Source: a virus. From it: a stretch of 31,888 bases of DNA. The notes under the pieces are model-generated. The model saw only the letters and a list, made by a program, of their open reading frames with translations, was not told where the DNA came from and did not search any database. Position numbers and translations under genes: made by a program. The stretch is taken from the IMG/VR virus record IMGVR_UViG_3300009682_000001; one strand, written 5' to 3'. This document shows positions 8,526 through 17,207 of this stretch, one piece after another. Position 1 is the first letter of the stretch, and every line of letters starts with the position of its first letter.

Positions 8526-8789
8526 ATGGCAAAAAAACTATATCCATTTGTAAACAAATACTCTGGTGAGGTCAAAATATTGACCAAAAGCAGCGGTAAG
8601 AAGCTCAGTGAAGATTGGGCTAGGGCTAAGATGGCTGTTAATGACAAGGGTGAGGATGTATTTAGATTTAAAATAGCCACATCATTTGTTGATAAAAACG
8701 GCAAAACTCAGACTGGCACAGCCATTGTAGATATATCCGAAGTAGAAGCCGCAGAGGTAGCAGAAGATGGCAACGGAAGCGCAGCGTAA
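8526..8789 (+). CDS. Hypothetical protein
   Basis: 87-aa ORF within the head module. Confidence 0.55.
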   Translation: MAKKLYPFVNKYSGEVKILTKSSGKKLSEDWARAKMAVNDKGEDVFRFKIATSFVDKNGKTQTGTAIVDISEVEAAEVAEDGNGSAA

Positions 8790-9075
8790 ATATATTGCTG
8801 ATCTAGCAGTCATTAAGACCAAAGAATTTAAAGAGGTCAAAGAGATGCTGGTAGCCAGTGGCATTGTGGGTGAGAATGCTGAAACAGTGCAAAATGCCCA
8901 GAGCATTGCTGAGATTACCCACGCCCTGGATGATCTGCAAGCTTCACGCTTCATAGATGTACTGATAGCCACCAAAACACCAGCACGCGGCAGGGCTTAC
9001 TCACAGCGCCGGGTAGAGACTACTGTACGGGTGCTGGATGATATTAAAGATACCATTGATAATTGGGAGTTTTAG
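8767..9075 (+). CDS. Hypothetical protein
   Basis: 102-aa ORF overlapping the previous gene by 23 nt. Confidence 0.55.
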   Translation: MATEAQRKYIADLAVIKTKEFKEVKEMLVASGIVGENAETVQNAQSIAEITHALDDLQASRFIDVLIATKTPARGRAYSQRRVETTVRVLDDIKDTIDNWEF

Positions 9076-9078
9076 GGA

Positions 9079-9621
9079 ATGGATTACGCCAAACTAAACC
9101 GCACCATATTAGCTAAGGTAATGGCAGCACTCAAGCTGATAAATAACCCAGAGATTGACCCTGAAATACGCCAGCTTAATCAAGAGATATTATTTAGGGA
9201 AGTGGGCGCAGCAGTCTATGCCAAAGTGTATGACATGAATGCCTTTGACTTTGAGATTGAGTATACACGCGGTCCAGGCATTGATGATAGATACTTGGGA
9301 TTAGCTAAAGTGGCATCAGCAAGTGTTGCCACCGGCACGCTGGGGCTTGATGAATATGTTAAAAACTACCTAGATCACGTAGCAGCTAAAGCTCAGTATG
9401 ATGCAGCTGTAAATGCTAAGCAGTCTGGCAAGCGCACTGTGGTGATCCGTAAGACAAACGGTGAGACCTGCAAATGGTGTACATCATTAGCTGGTACATA
9501 CGAAAACCCAGACAGTGAAGTATTTAGACGGCATGGTGGCTGTGATTGCTCAATCATCACTCAGGGCTACCGCAGCCGTAATGGATTACTTAATAACTAT
9601 GTCAAACCAAAAGACCGCTGA
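9079..9621 (+). CDS. Minor head protein, short form of the MuF / SPP1 gp7 type
   Basis: GETCKWCTSLAGTYENPDSEVFRRHGGCDCSI matches the conserved Cys/His signature at the C-terminus of MuF-like head morphogenesis proteins. Confidence 0.6.
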   Translation: MDYAKLNRTILAKVMAALKLINNPEIDPEIRQLNQEILFREVGAAVYAKVYDMNAFDFEIEYTRGPGIDDRYLGLAKVASASVATGTLGLDEYVKNYLDHVAAKAQYDAAVNAKQSGKRTVVIRKTNGETCKWCTSLAGTYENPDSEVFRRHGGCDCSIITQGYRSRNGLLNNYVKPKDR

Positions 9622-9973
9622 GATAGTCCTAGAGGGTAATGTACCTAGCAAAAAGAATTCACGAATAAACCTTAAGTCAGGTGTATCAATTCCGAACAAT
9701 AAATTTGTTCAATGGCAAAACATGGCAATCATAGAAGTGCGCCGTCAGACTAGGGTGCGCTTTTATAAACCGGTCCAGCTTGAGGTGATTATATATTTTG
9801 CGACATTAGGAAAAGCTGACCTAGATAATAGATTAACCAGCATTTTGGATATGTTAGTAGAGTCCTTAGTGATCCGTGATGACAAATGGCAGGATGTACC
9901 GCTTATTAAAGTGCAGGCAGAACACCGCCCCCGGCAACCTGGCGCATTTATAAGGCTTACAGAGATAGACTGA
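9599..9973 (+). CDS. rusA: RusA-family Holliday junction resolvase
   Basis: VPSKKNSR, then ADLDNRLTSILDMLVESLVIRDDKWQDV (the DxDN...D..V..DD signature). ATG 9599 is in frame with track ORF 9515. Confidence 0.7.
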   Translation: MSNQKTAEIVLEGNVPSKKNSRINLKSGVSIPNNKFVQWQNMAIIEVRRQTRVRFYKPVQLEVIIYFATLGKADLDNRLTSILDMLVESLVIRDDKWQDVPLIKVQAEHRPRQPGAFIRLTEID

Positions 9974-9989
9974 CGTTGCATTGCACTTA

Positions 9990-10016
9990 TGCTACAATGA
10001 CAATATCTGATATAAT
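9990..10016 (+). promoter_or_regulatory. Two tandem extended -10 elements upstream of the portal gene
   Basis: TGcTACAAT at 9990-9998 and a perfect TGaTATAAT at 10008-10016. Confidence 0.45.
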
Positions 10017-10081
10017 ATCATCAATATAAATCTACGCGTACGGCGCGGCAAATACCGGCTTAAAAGGATCAGCAATAGGAA

Positions 10082-11419
10082 ATGCAGCCGGAACAAAACC
10101 CAATCGTAGATCACGCATACAGATTAGCAAACAAGCTGATCTATTGCCTGGAGTCAAAGCAGGCAAAAGTCCAGGACAAATATGACTATTACAACGCTGA
10201 TAATGATGTGCCAGATTTTGGCATATCTACCCCTATGCGTATGCGCAAATTACGCCCTGGCATTGGCTGGGCAAGCCGCGCAGTTAATACACTAGGTGAC
10301 CGTGTAGTATTTGAGGGCTTTGCTAAAGACACATTTGGCATCAATGAGCTACTTGAGCAAATCAATGGATTTAGCGTGCTGAGCAAGGCAAAAGATGATG
10401 CCCTGATTGCTGGCTGTGCATTTGTGGCTGTGGCTGATGATGAAAACGGTAACAAGGTACTCATACCATTCACAGCGCAAGAAGCTACTGGTGAGATTGA
10501 CCAGACTACTGGACTGCTTAAGTGGGGCTTGGCTGTTACTAAATGGCATATCCCTAAGCCTAAAAAGCCTGGCATCATGTATGCACCAAAAGACTATATT
10601 GTATTTACTCCTGACTTTACATTTGTATTTGAAAACCGCAGCTTAGTAGAAGTAGTACCAAACCCTACAAAGCGTACCCTGTTGCATCCAGTAACGCGCC
10701 GGGCAAGCGCTGACCGCCCACTAGGTAAATCACGCATTACAAACACTGCACGCAGGATCATTAACGAAGTAGGGCGCATGAAGCGCCGCCTAGAGATTGC
10801 GGAAGAGTTTTATGCTATGCCACAGCGCTACATTACTGGTCTGGCTGAGGGTGCTGAAAAAGACCCTACTATGGACAGTGCCATAGGGCGCGTATGGGCA
10901 ATTACCCAGGATGAAGAGGGCAATAGCCCTGATATTGGACAGCTACCACAGCTGAGCATCCAGGGCTTTGAGACCAGCAAAAAAGATAAAGCCCGTGACT
11001 TCTGTGCTGAGACTGGACTTACCATGCGTAACCTGGGCTATGAGACTCAAAACCCATCAAGCGGTGAGAGCCTAGTAGCAATGTCAGATGATCTGTTATT
11101 GGAAGCTCAAAAAACCCAGGAAGAGATGGGCAAACAATTCAAAGAGATTTGTATTACCCTACGCCTGGCACTCAATGGCAATGATGAAGTACCAGCGCAC
11201 CTCAAAGAGATTATACCGGCATTTAAGCCAATCTTTGCGGTAGATATTGGTCCAGCTGGTGATGCAATGTTTAAGCTATTCCAGGCAATGCCAGAACTTG
11301 TAGGCACTGTTGAGGGCTACCGCATGCTGGGTATTGGTATTAGGCAAGCAGAAGAGCTTGTGCAGAAGCGTCAGCAGTTAGGCGCAGCAAGCTTTATGAA
11401 TAATGGAGGGCAACAGTAA
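10082..11419 (+). CDS. Portal protein (SPP1 gp6-like)
   Basis: 445 aa. The N-terminal YYNADNDVPDFGIS...IGWASRAVNTLGDRVVFEGF pattern is typical of Phage_prot_Gp6 portals. Confidence 0.8.
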   Translation: MQPEQNPIVDHAYRLANKLIYCLESKQAKVQDKYDYYNADNDVPDFGISTPMRMRKLRPGIGWASRAVNTLGDRVVFEGFAKDTFGINELLEQINGFSVLSKAKDDALIAGCAFVAVADDENGNKVLIPFTAQEATGEIDQTTGLLKWGLAVTKWHIPKPKKPGIMYAPKDYIVFTPDFTFVFENRSLVEVVPNPTKRTLLHPVTRRASADRPLGKSRITNTARRIINEVGRMKRRLEIAEEFYAMPQRYITGLAEGAEKDPTMDSAIGRVWAITQDEEGNSPDIGQLPQLSIQGFETSKKDKARDFCAETGLTMRNLGYETQNPSSGESLVAMSDDLLLEAQKTQEEMGKQFKEICITLRLALNGNDEVPAHLKEIIPAFKPIFAVDIGPAGDAMFKLFQAMPELVGTVEGYRMLGIGIRQAEELVQKRQQLGAASFMNNGGQQ

Positions 11420-11871
11420 TGGCAGGCGTAACTACACCGGTAGTATCACCAAACCCATACGCTAATGCGGATGATCTAGCGGCTTTTTGGCGTACACTCA
11501 CAGAAGCCGAAGCCAGCCGTGCTGATGATTTGCTGACGCGTGCCAGTAACCGCTTACGGCTCACCGGTGAGCGCGTAGGTGTTGATGTTGATGACAAGGT
11601 TAATAACAGCCCTGCATACTTCTCTACTGTCCAATGGGTAGTCATGGAAGCCGCTAAGCGTGCCATGCTTACGCCTATTGATGCGCCACCAGCAAACAGC
11701 ATCCAGCAGACTGCCGGTCCATACTCTGAGAATATTGTATTTACTAACCCTGCTGGTGATCTGTGGTTTAAGAAGTCAGAGCTGCATGATCTGGGGCTTT
11801 ACGGCAACCAGACATTAAAAGGCTTAAGTACTAGCCAGCGTGATATATATAGCCCTTATGAAAGCTCATAG
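11419..11871 (+). CDS. Head-tail adaptor (Gp19/Gp15/Gp42-like)
   Basis: 150 aa with a TAATG overlap with the portal gene. Contains YANADDLAAFWRTLTEAEASRADDLLTRAS. Confidence 0.55.
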   Translation: MAGVTTPVVSPNPYANADDLAAFWRTLTEAEASRADDLLTRASNRLRLTGERVGVDVDDKVNNSPAYFSTVQWVVMEAAKRAMLTPIDAPPANSIQQTAGPYSENIVFTNPAGDLWFKKSELHDLGLYGNQTLKGLSTSQRDIYSPYESS

Positions 11872-11873
11872 CC

Positions 11874-12194
11874 ATGCTAGAATTATTTGCATCTACCACT
11901 GCCAGTGATCCGGCAAACAATGTATTTAGCTATTACTTCACTCAGGGCGTGCTAGGCATAACGGTGATAGTATTGATCCTAACGGTCCGCTTTATGTTTA
12001 CCTACTACAATAAGAAGCTTGATGACAAAGACCTCAAGATTGAAGCGTTGCAAAATGCCCGGCTTGATGACAATAAAACTCATACAGTGGATTACCGTGA
12101 GATGGCGAAAAATGACCAGGCGGTACTGTTAGGAGTTGCACAGTCTCAAGAGCTACTTAGTGGTAAAATAGAAGCCGTAAAAGGCAGGCGGTAA
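11874..12194 (+). CDS. Single-pass membrane protein with a C-terminal coiled coil, possibly BhlA/UviB holin-like
   Basis: TQGVLGITVIVLILTVRFMFTYY is followed by a KKLDDKD charged region. Confidence 0.35.
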   Translation: MLELFASTTASDPANNVFSYYFTQGVLGITVIVLILTVRFMFTYYNKKLDDKDLKIEALQNARLDDNKTHTVDYREMAKNDQAVLLGVAQSQELLSGKIEAVKGRR

Positions 12195-12197
12195 TAT

Positions 12198-12446
12198 ATG
12201 AGTTGGTTTAAGCGCAGTAAGAAGCAGGAAGTGCCACCAGTGGTAATAGCACCACCCCCTACCAGCCGTGTAGAGGTAGAATTACATAAGGATGCCAGTG
12301 AAAAAGCCGCGCAAAAAGCTATGATAGTTAATGAACACCTTAAAGACCTATTGGTAGAAAACGGCATAACCCTTAAAATAGCATTAGCGGCTGGCGCACA
12401 GATACATCACAAAAAAAGAGCAAGTAGTGCTATAATACAAGCATAA
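12198..12446 (+). CDS. Hypothetical protein
   Basis: 82-aa ORF. Confidence 0.5.
   Translation: MSWFKRSKKQEVPPVVIAPPPTSRVEVELHKDASEKAAQKAMIVNEHLKDLLVENGITLKIALAAGAQIHHKKRASSAIIQA
12428..12436 (+). promoter_or_regulatory. Extended -10 element TGcTATAAT upstream of the major tail gene
   Basis: Perfect TGnTATAAT at the 3' end of the preceding ORF. Confidence 0.4.
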
Positions 12447-12501
12447 GCAGAGCCACCAGTGAGGTGTGTTGTGCCGCAAACAGTAGACAAAGGTTACATC
12501 T

Positions 12502-13059
12502 ATGAATGACTCCAGTAACGTGTCATTTGGTAAGCCAAAAGCCACCGGTGCGCTTTTTGTAGCGCCTGCTGGTACTACACTGCCTACTAACGCCACTGAT
12601 GAGCTAGATCCAGCTTTTAGCGGCTTAGGTTACGTCAGTGATGAGGGCTTGGTCAATGGTGTAGAGACAGATGTAGAGGATGTGTATGCGTGGGGCGGTG
12701 ACAACGTGTTGTCAGGTCAAACCACCTACTCTGAAAACTTTACATTTAATCTCATTGAGACCAATTTAGAAGTAGCGAAGTTGTACTACGGTGAGGATAA
12801 TGTCATTGAAGATGGCGGAAACATCACAATCAAGGCAAACAGCAAGCCGCTGCCAGAGATTGTGTTTGTAGCTGAGCTGGTACTTACCGGCAACCGCGTA
12901 AAGCGTGTTGTGGTAGGGCGTGGTCAGATCGCAGATCGCAGTGGCGAAATCACTTATGTAGATGGTGAGCCGGTTGCATATCCAATCAACCTACGCGCTT
13001 ACCCAGATGCAGACGGTGACACTCACAAAGAGTACATCACTACAATCGCATCATCTTAA
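12502..13059 (+). CDS. Major tail protein (phi13 / TP901-1 type)
   Basis: 185 aa with FGKPKATGALFVAPAGTTLPTNATDELDPAFSGLGYVSDEGL. A strong terminator follows, then the chaperone gene pair. Confidence 0.8.
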   Translation: MNDSSNVSFGKPKATGALFVAPAGTTLPTNATDELDPAFSGLGYVSDEGLVNGVETDVEDVYAWGGDNVLSGQTTYSENFTFNLIETNLEVAKLYYGEDNVIEDGGNITIKANSKPLPEIVFVAELVLTGNRVKRVVVGRGQIADRSGEITYVDGEPVAYPINLRAYPDADGDTHKEYITTIASS

Positions 13060-13079
13060 GCGGTTTACCAAAGCAAGAG

Positions 13080-13106
13080 CGCCCGGCACTATGCCGGGTG
13101 TTTTTG
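13080..13106 (+). terminator. Rho-independent terminator after the major tail gene
   Basis: CGCCCGGCA-cta-TGCCGGGTG followed by TTTTT. Confidence 0.8.
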
Positions 13107-13110
13107 TTTG

Positions 13111-13119
13111 TGCTACAAT
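13111..13119 (+). promoter_or_regulatory. Extended -10 element TGcTACAAT
   Basis: It follows the terminator. The leader carries TTGGAG, 8 nt before ATG 13156. Confidence 0.4.
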
Positions 13120-13155
13120 ATGCTTACAGTTAAATAAAGGATTGGAGCAATCACA

Positions 13156-13479
13156 ATGGCTGAAAACACAGCAGAGAATAGCACTGTAAAAGAGATTGAA
13201 GTAGCAGGCGTAAAATTCACAGTTGATACTGACCGCCTGGATGACGTAGAGTCACTTGAATTCATTGAGCGTATTGAAAACAAAGGGCAGGTTGCTGCCG
13301 TATTGCCACTGCTAAAGTTCATCATGGGTGATAAGGCATTTGAAGAGCTTAAGGCTGCATTTATTAAGCAGGATGCAGAAGAGCATAAAGACGTAGAGGG
13401 CTATCAGCCGCGCATGCGCATGGGCAAGCTTAATGATGTCTACATGGCAATCATTGAGAAATTTGACCCAAAAGGCTAG
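13156..13479 (+). CDS. Tail assembly chaperone (gpG-like, zero-frame product)
   Basis: 107-aa acidic protein between the major tail and tape-measure genes. A slippery heptamer sits 4 nt before the stop. Confidence 0.8.
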   Translation: MAENTAENSTVKEIEVAGVKFTVDTDRLDDVESLEFIERIENKGQVAAVLPLLKFIMGDKAFEELKAAFIKQDAEEHKDVEGYQPRMRMGKLNDVYMAIIEKFDPKG

Positions 13480-13877
13480 CGCTCATACAAGTACGCCGTG
13501 AGTACTTTGACGAACTAGAAGCGGATTTTCACCAATACTACCACCTAGATATTACGGCTGTTGATCGCAGGAAAGCGGCGCGGTTGCTATTCCAGCTACC
13601 GCGTGACAGCCGTGTATTTAGGAAGATTGAGCCAGCCACTGAGTGGGGCTATACAGAGATTTTTCAAAATAAAATGGTCTGGCTACTTGAGACACTTGTA
13701 TGGCAGAACTCTACACCATCTAAAAAGGCTGAGCAGGCGCGGCATAAGCTACTTAAACCAGAATTATATACACCTAGCTTTATGAAGAAGAGCAAGCCTA
13801 AAGAGGGCATTGCTAAAGACACTGTGGCAGCGGATGTAGAGACCATAAAAGCCATCCTAGATAGACCGCGAAACTAG
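13156..13877 (+). CDS. Tail assembly chaperone, -1 frameshift fusion (gpGT-like, about 240 aa)
   Basis: The -1 frame is open from 13473 to the stop at 13875-13877, checked codon by codon. The slip site is C CCA AAA. Confidence 0.7.
13467..13473 (+). promoter_or_regulatory. Programmed -1 ribosomal frameshift heptamer CCCAAAA (X XXY YYZ)
   Basis: The zero frame reads GA[C CCA AAA] GGC TAG. Confidence 0.7.
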
Positions 13878-13986
13878 CAAAAACCACTCCCCTGCTGGCT
13901 TTTTTAGGCAAAATATGGCATTGTAGGCAATACAACAATTAACAGGGGTGGTGACCACTCCCCTGCCCTATCAACATTATTTTTAC

Positions 13987-14017
13987 AGCCTGTCAAACAC
14001 CTTGACGGCTTTTTTTA
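13987..14017 (+). terminator. Rho-independent terminator in the gap between the chaperone and tape-measure genes
   Basis: AGCCTGTCAA-acacc-TTGACGGCT (one bulge) followed by TTTTTTT. Confidence 0.65.
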
Positions 14018-14087
14018 TGGCAAACACATGGCAGAGTAGGGGAGTGCCTAATAGTAACCACCATTACGCGTGAGGTATACTATAAGC

Positions 14088-14381
14088 ATGAGCAAAGATG
14101 TGAGCTTCCAATTAGACACTAAAGGCGGTCAGGATGTGCTGACAAAAATGGCAGCGCCAGTCATTAAACAAGCCGCAGATGCCATAGCTGCAAGAGCCAG
14201 GGGCATGGCTGGTAGCATGTCTAGCAGTCCGCCTAATATTGCAGTTACTACTCAATTTGGTACGATCCGGCGCGGTACGCGTGCCATAGCTACAATCCGC
14301 GCAGACGGTGGCGGTGATGCCCATAAGCAATACATTGGCAATGTGGCTTTGGCAAAAGCGCGTGACGCTGGGCGCGTATAA
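14088..14381 (+). CDS. Hypothetical protein inserted moron-like between the chaperone and tape-measure genes
   Basis: 97 aa. TATACT at 14076-14081 ends 6 nt before the ATG and there is no SD. The track start GTG 14070 lies inside the putative promoter. Confidence 0.5.
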   Translation: MSKDVSFQLDTKGGQDVLTKMAAPVIKQAADAIAARARGMAGSMSSSPPNIAVTTQFGTIRRGTRAIATIRADGGGDAHKQYIGNVALAKARDAGRV

Positions 14382-14388
14382 CAGCTTA

Positions 14389-14397
14389 TGGTATAAT
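14389..14397 (+). promoter_or_regulatory. Extended -10 element TGgTATAAT upstream of the tape-measure gene
   Basis: Perfect TGnTATAAT in the gap. Confidence 0.45.
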
Positions 14398-14469
14398 TTG
14401 CCATATAAGTACTACGCCTACGGTTGCGGTAAAACTGGCTTTAAGAAAAGGTAGCAAACCAGCAACACA

Positions 14470-16359
14470 ATGGCAGATTTAGGAACAGCATACGTCAGAG
14501 TAGCCCCGAATATGACGGGCATCCAGTCCAAAATAGCGGCTGGATTTAAAGGTAGTGCCGGTCCTGCCACCAAAGCACTAGGTGATGAAGTAGAGAGCAA
14601 TAGCGGTCCATTCCAGGGCGCACTAAGCAAGCTGGGTGGATTTGCTAAGGGTGCAGGTATTGCCATTGCAGGCGGCTTGGCTGCTGGCGCAGTAGGGCTT
14701 GCAGCGCTGACTGGTAAGGCTCTACTAGCAGGTGCTGAGCTTGAGCAGCAGCTTGGCGGTGCAGAAGCAGTATTTGGTCAATATGCAGACTCAATCAAAA
14801 AGACCGCAGAGGATGCCTATAAAAATGCCGGTCTATCACAGCAGGAGTTTTTGCAGGGCGCTAACAAAATGGGGTCACTCTTCCAGGGAGCAGGCTTTAG
14901 TGTCCAGCAATCAATGCAAATGTCCAGTGAGTCAATGCAGCGTGCAGCTGACATTGCATCAATCATGGGTATTAGCACCACAGATGCCCTAGAAGCCGTC
15001 ACCGGTATGGCTAAGGGCAACTTCACCATGATGGATAACCTGGGTGTTGCCATGAATGACACCACCCTAAATGCCTATGCGCTTGAAAAGGGATTAGGTA
15101 AGACCACGCAGCAAATGTCTATCCAGGAAAAGGTGGGCTTGGCGCAACAGCTCTTCATGGAAAAGACCGCAAAGTATGCTGGTAACTATGCCAAAGAAAA
15201 TGAAACATTATCAGGTAGCCTAAATACCACCAAAAAGGCATTTGATAATCTACTTACTGGTCAGGGTGATGTAAATGACTTTATTGATAGCCTGCTAAAC
15301 ACCATAGAGATAGCAGTACCGCAAATCACAAAGATATTGCCTAAGATCGTAGATGGGCTTGGCGCTGTGCTGACCGCCTTAGTACCTGCCTTACAGCAAG
15401 CCCTCCCTACCCTAGTACCAGCGCTTATTAAGGCAGCAACTGATTTAATCCAGGCGCTGGTGAATGCAATGCCTACTGTGGTCAGTGTCCTATTGCAAGC
15501 ACTGCCAATGCTTATAAACGCATTTATTCAGCTCTTCCTAGCCATTGTCAAAGCACTACCGCAAATAGTCACCACAATAGCCAATGCCATGCCTACAATC
15601 ATCACGGCGCTTGTGGAGGGGCTTACTAACCCAGAAGCATTACAGGCATTGATCCTGGGCGCAGTAGAGCTACTGCTTGCCCTGGTCCGGGCAATCCCTA
15701 TCATCATCCCTGCCCTTATTGATGCAATACCAATCATCCTAAAGAACCTGATAGCAACACTTACCAGCGCCACATTCATTAAGCAGATGATGAATGCCGG
15801 TGTGCAAATGCTACAAGCTACCATCAGCGGTATTGCCAGCATGGTAGGCTCAATAGGCAAAGCTGCATGGAATATCATTAAGGTGATTGGTGAAACATTA
15901 GCGCCTAGCAACCTAATCCGTATTGGCTCAGATGTCATTAGGGGCTTATGGGATGGTATCAGTCAAATGGGCAACTGGCTCAAAGACAAGGTAGTAAACT
16001 TTGTCAAAGACAAAATCCCTGGTCCAATTAAATCAGCTCTGGGCATCCATTCACCATCAAAGGTTGCTGCTGGGCTAGGTATGGAAGTACCGGCTGGTCT
16101 GGCTCAGGGTATATACAAAAAAGCTGGTCTGGTAACCCGTGCGGTAACTGGCATGGCAAATGAAGCTATAAGCAGTCTAGCTGGAGCTACCATGAATGCT
16201 GATATTGCAGGTACGTTACGCGCATCTGGTGCAGTGAGCGCAGCACAGCCAGTAATGGCAGGTGCTGGCGGTCCGCAGGTAGTCCAAAACAATAGCATTT
16301 ATAACCAGGTTGATTTAGACTCAGTAACAAGGGATTTGGCATGGGAAACAAGGCGTTAA
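14470..16359 (+). CDS. Tail tape measure protein
   Basis: 629 aa, with a TP901-type core (AEAVFGQYADS...MGISTTDALEAVTGMAKGNF) and long Ala/Leu/Ile-rich helical repeats. Confidence 0.9.
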   Translation: MADLGTAYVRVAPNMTGIQSKIAAGFKGSAGPATKALGDEVESNSGPFQGALSKLGGFAKGAGIAIAGGLAAGAVGLAALTGKALLAGAELEQQLGGAEAVFGQYADSIKKTAEDAYKNAGLSQQEFLQGANKMGSLFQGAGFSVQQSMQMSSESMQRAADIASIMGISTTDALEAVTGMAKGNFTMMDNLGVAMNDTTLNAYALEKGLGKTTQQMSIQEKVGLAQQLFMEKTAKYAGNYAKENETLSGSLNTTKKAFDNLLTGQGDVNDFIDSLLNTIEIAVPQITKILPKIVDGLGAVLTALVPALQQALPTLVPALIKAATDLIQALVNAMPTVVSVLLQALPMLINAFIQLFLAIVKALPQIVTTIANAMPTIITALVEGLTNPEALQALILGAVELLLALVRAIPIIIPALIDAIPIILKNLIATLTSATFIKQMMNAGVQMLQATISGIASMVGSIGKAAWNIIKVIGETLAPSNLIRIGSDVIRGLWDGISQMGNWLKDKVVNFVKDKIPGPIKSALGIHSPSKVAAGLGMEVPAGLAQGIYKKAGLVTRAVTGMANEAISSLAGATMNADIAGTLRASGAVSAAQPVMAGAGGPQVVQNNSIYNQVDLDSVTRDLAWETRR

Positions 16360-16360
16360 T

Positions 16361-17206
16361 ATGAATATATCACTAAACAATTTACTAAATCTAAGCTCTT
16401 ACGCAAATGGCGGTCCATACATCATCAAAGGTGTTAGTGGCTTAGGTATAGCTGATATACGCACTTCTAGCTTCCTATTTAGTGGGCGCTCAGGTGGTCT
16501 AGTCACAGATCAATTCTTAGGCTTCCGCATCATTGCCATTACCGGCAAAATAGGGCGCGTAGGCGGTGACCGGCAACAGCATCAAGCTGACCGCAGTGCA
16601 ATGGTAGCTGCTTTGCCTATTGGTACTGTAATACCGGTGTATATTACTACATTTAGCGGTGATACCTACCGTATTGATTGTAATGTCACTGATGTAAAGA
16701 TGGAGTATACCCAGGGCGGCTATATGAGTGACTTTTTAATCCAGCTAACCGCAGGTGACCCATTATTTTACTCAACTGATGGCGGTGATGAGCAGACTGC
16801 AACTGTTACGCTGCAAGCCGCTACTGGTGGCTATGAGACACCGTATGATCTGCCAGTGGATTGGCTACCAGGTGCAACACCTAGCACTGTGCTTAACTCT
16901 GGTACTGCTACAATCTTCCCTGTTATTGAGCTTAAGGATGAAGCCCACAATCCGCGCATTACAAATGAGACTACTGGTGAAACATTTGCCCTAGACATAA
17001 GCATTGAGGATGGTGATGTCATTACCATAGATATGGCAAACCGTACCGTAACACTTAACGGTAGCAATATCATGGGTAACCGCACAGATGACTCTACCTG
17101 GTGGGGTCTGACTCCTGGTAACAACTCTATTGTGCTAACAAGTGTAACAAGTGATGACCATGTATATGCTGATCTGACATGGCGTAACGGGGTATTAGGT
17201 ATCTAG
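16361..17206 (+). CDS. Distal tail protein (Dit, siphovirus tail component)
   Basis: 281 aa, immediately after the tape-measure gene. Confidence 0.65.
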   Translation: MNISLNNLLNLSSYANGGPYIIKGVSGLGIADIRTSSFLFSGRSGGLVTDQFLGFRIIAITGKIGRVGGDRQQHQADRSAMVAALPIGTVIPVYITTFSGDTYRIDCNVTDVKMEYTQGGYMSDFLIQLTAGDPLFYSTDGGDEQTATVTLQAATGGYETPYDLPVDWLPGATPSTVLNSGTATIFPVIELKDEAHNPRITNETTGETFALDISIEDGDVITIDMANRTVTLNGSNIMGNRTDDSTWWGLTPGNNSIVLTSVTSDDHVYADLTWRNGVLGI

Positions 17207-17207
17207 T

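Noticed and set aside
13561-13855. Track ORFs 13561-13785 (+) and 13664-13855 (-) in the chaperone region
   Set aside because: The region is accounted for by the -1 frameshift extension of the tail assembly chaperone. These alternative frames have no start signals.
13883-13966. Possibility that the ACCACTCCCCTGC repeats form a mini CRISPR array
   Set aside because: There are only two direct copies of 13 nt, 71 bp apart. The inverted partners form palindromes. Repeat length and organisation do not fit CRISPR.
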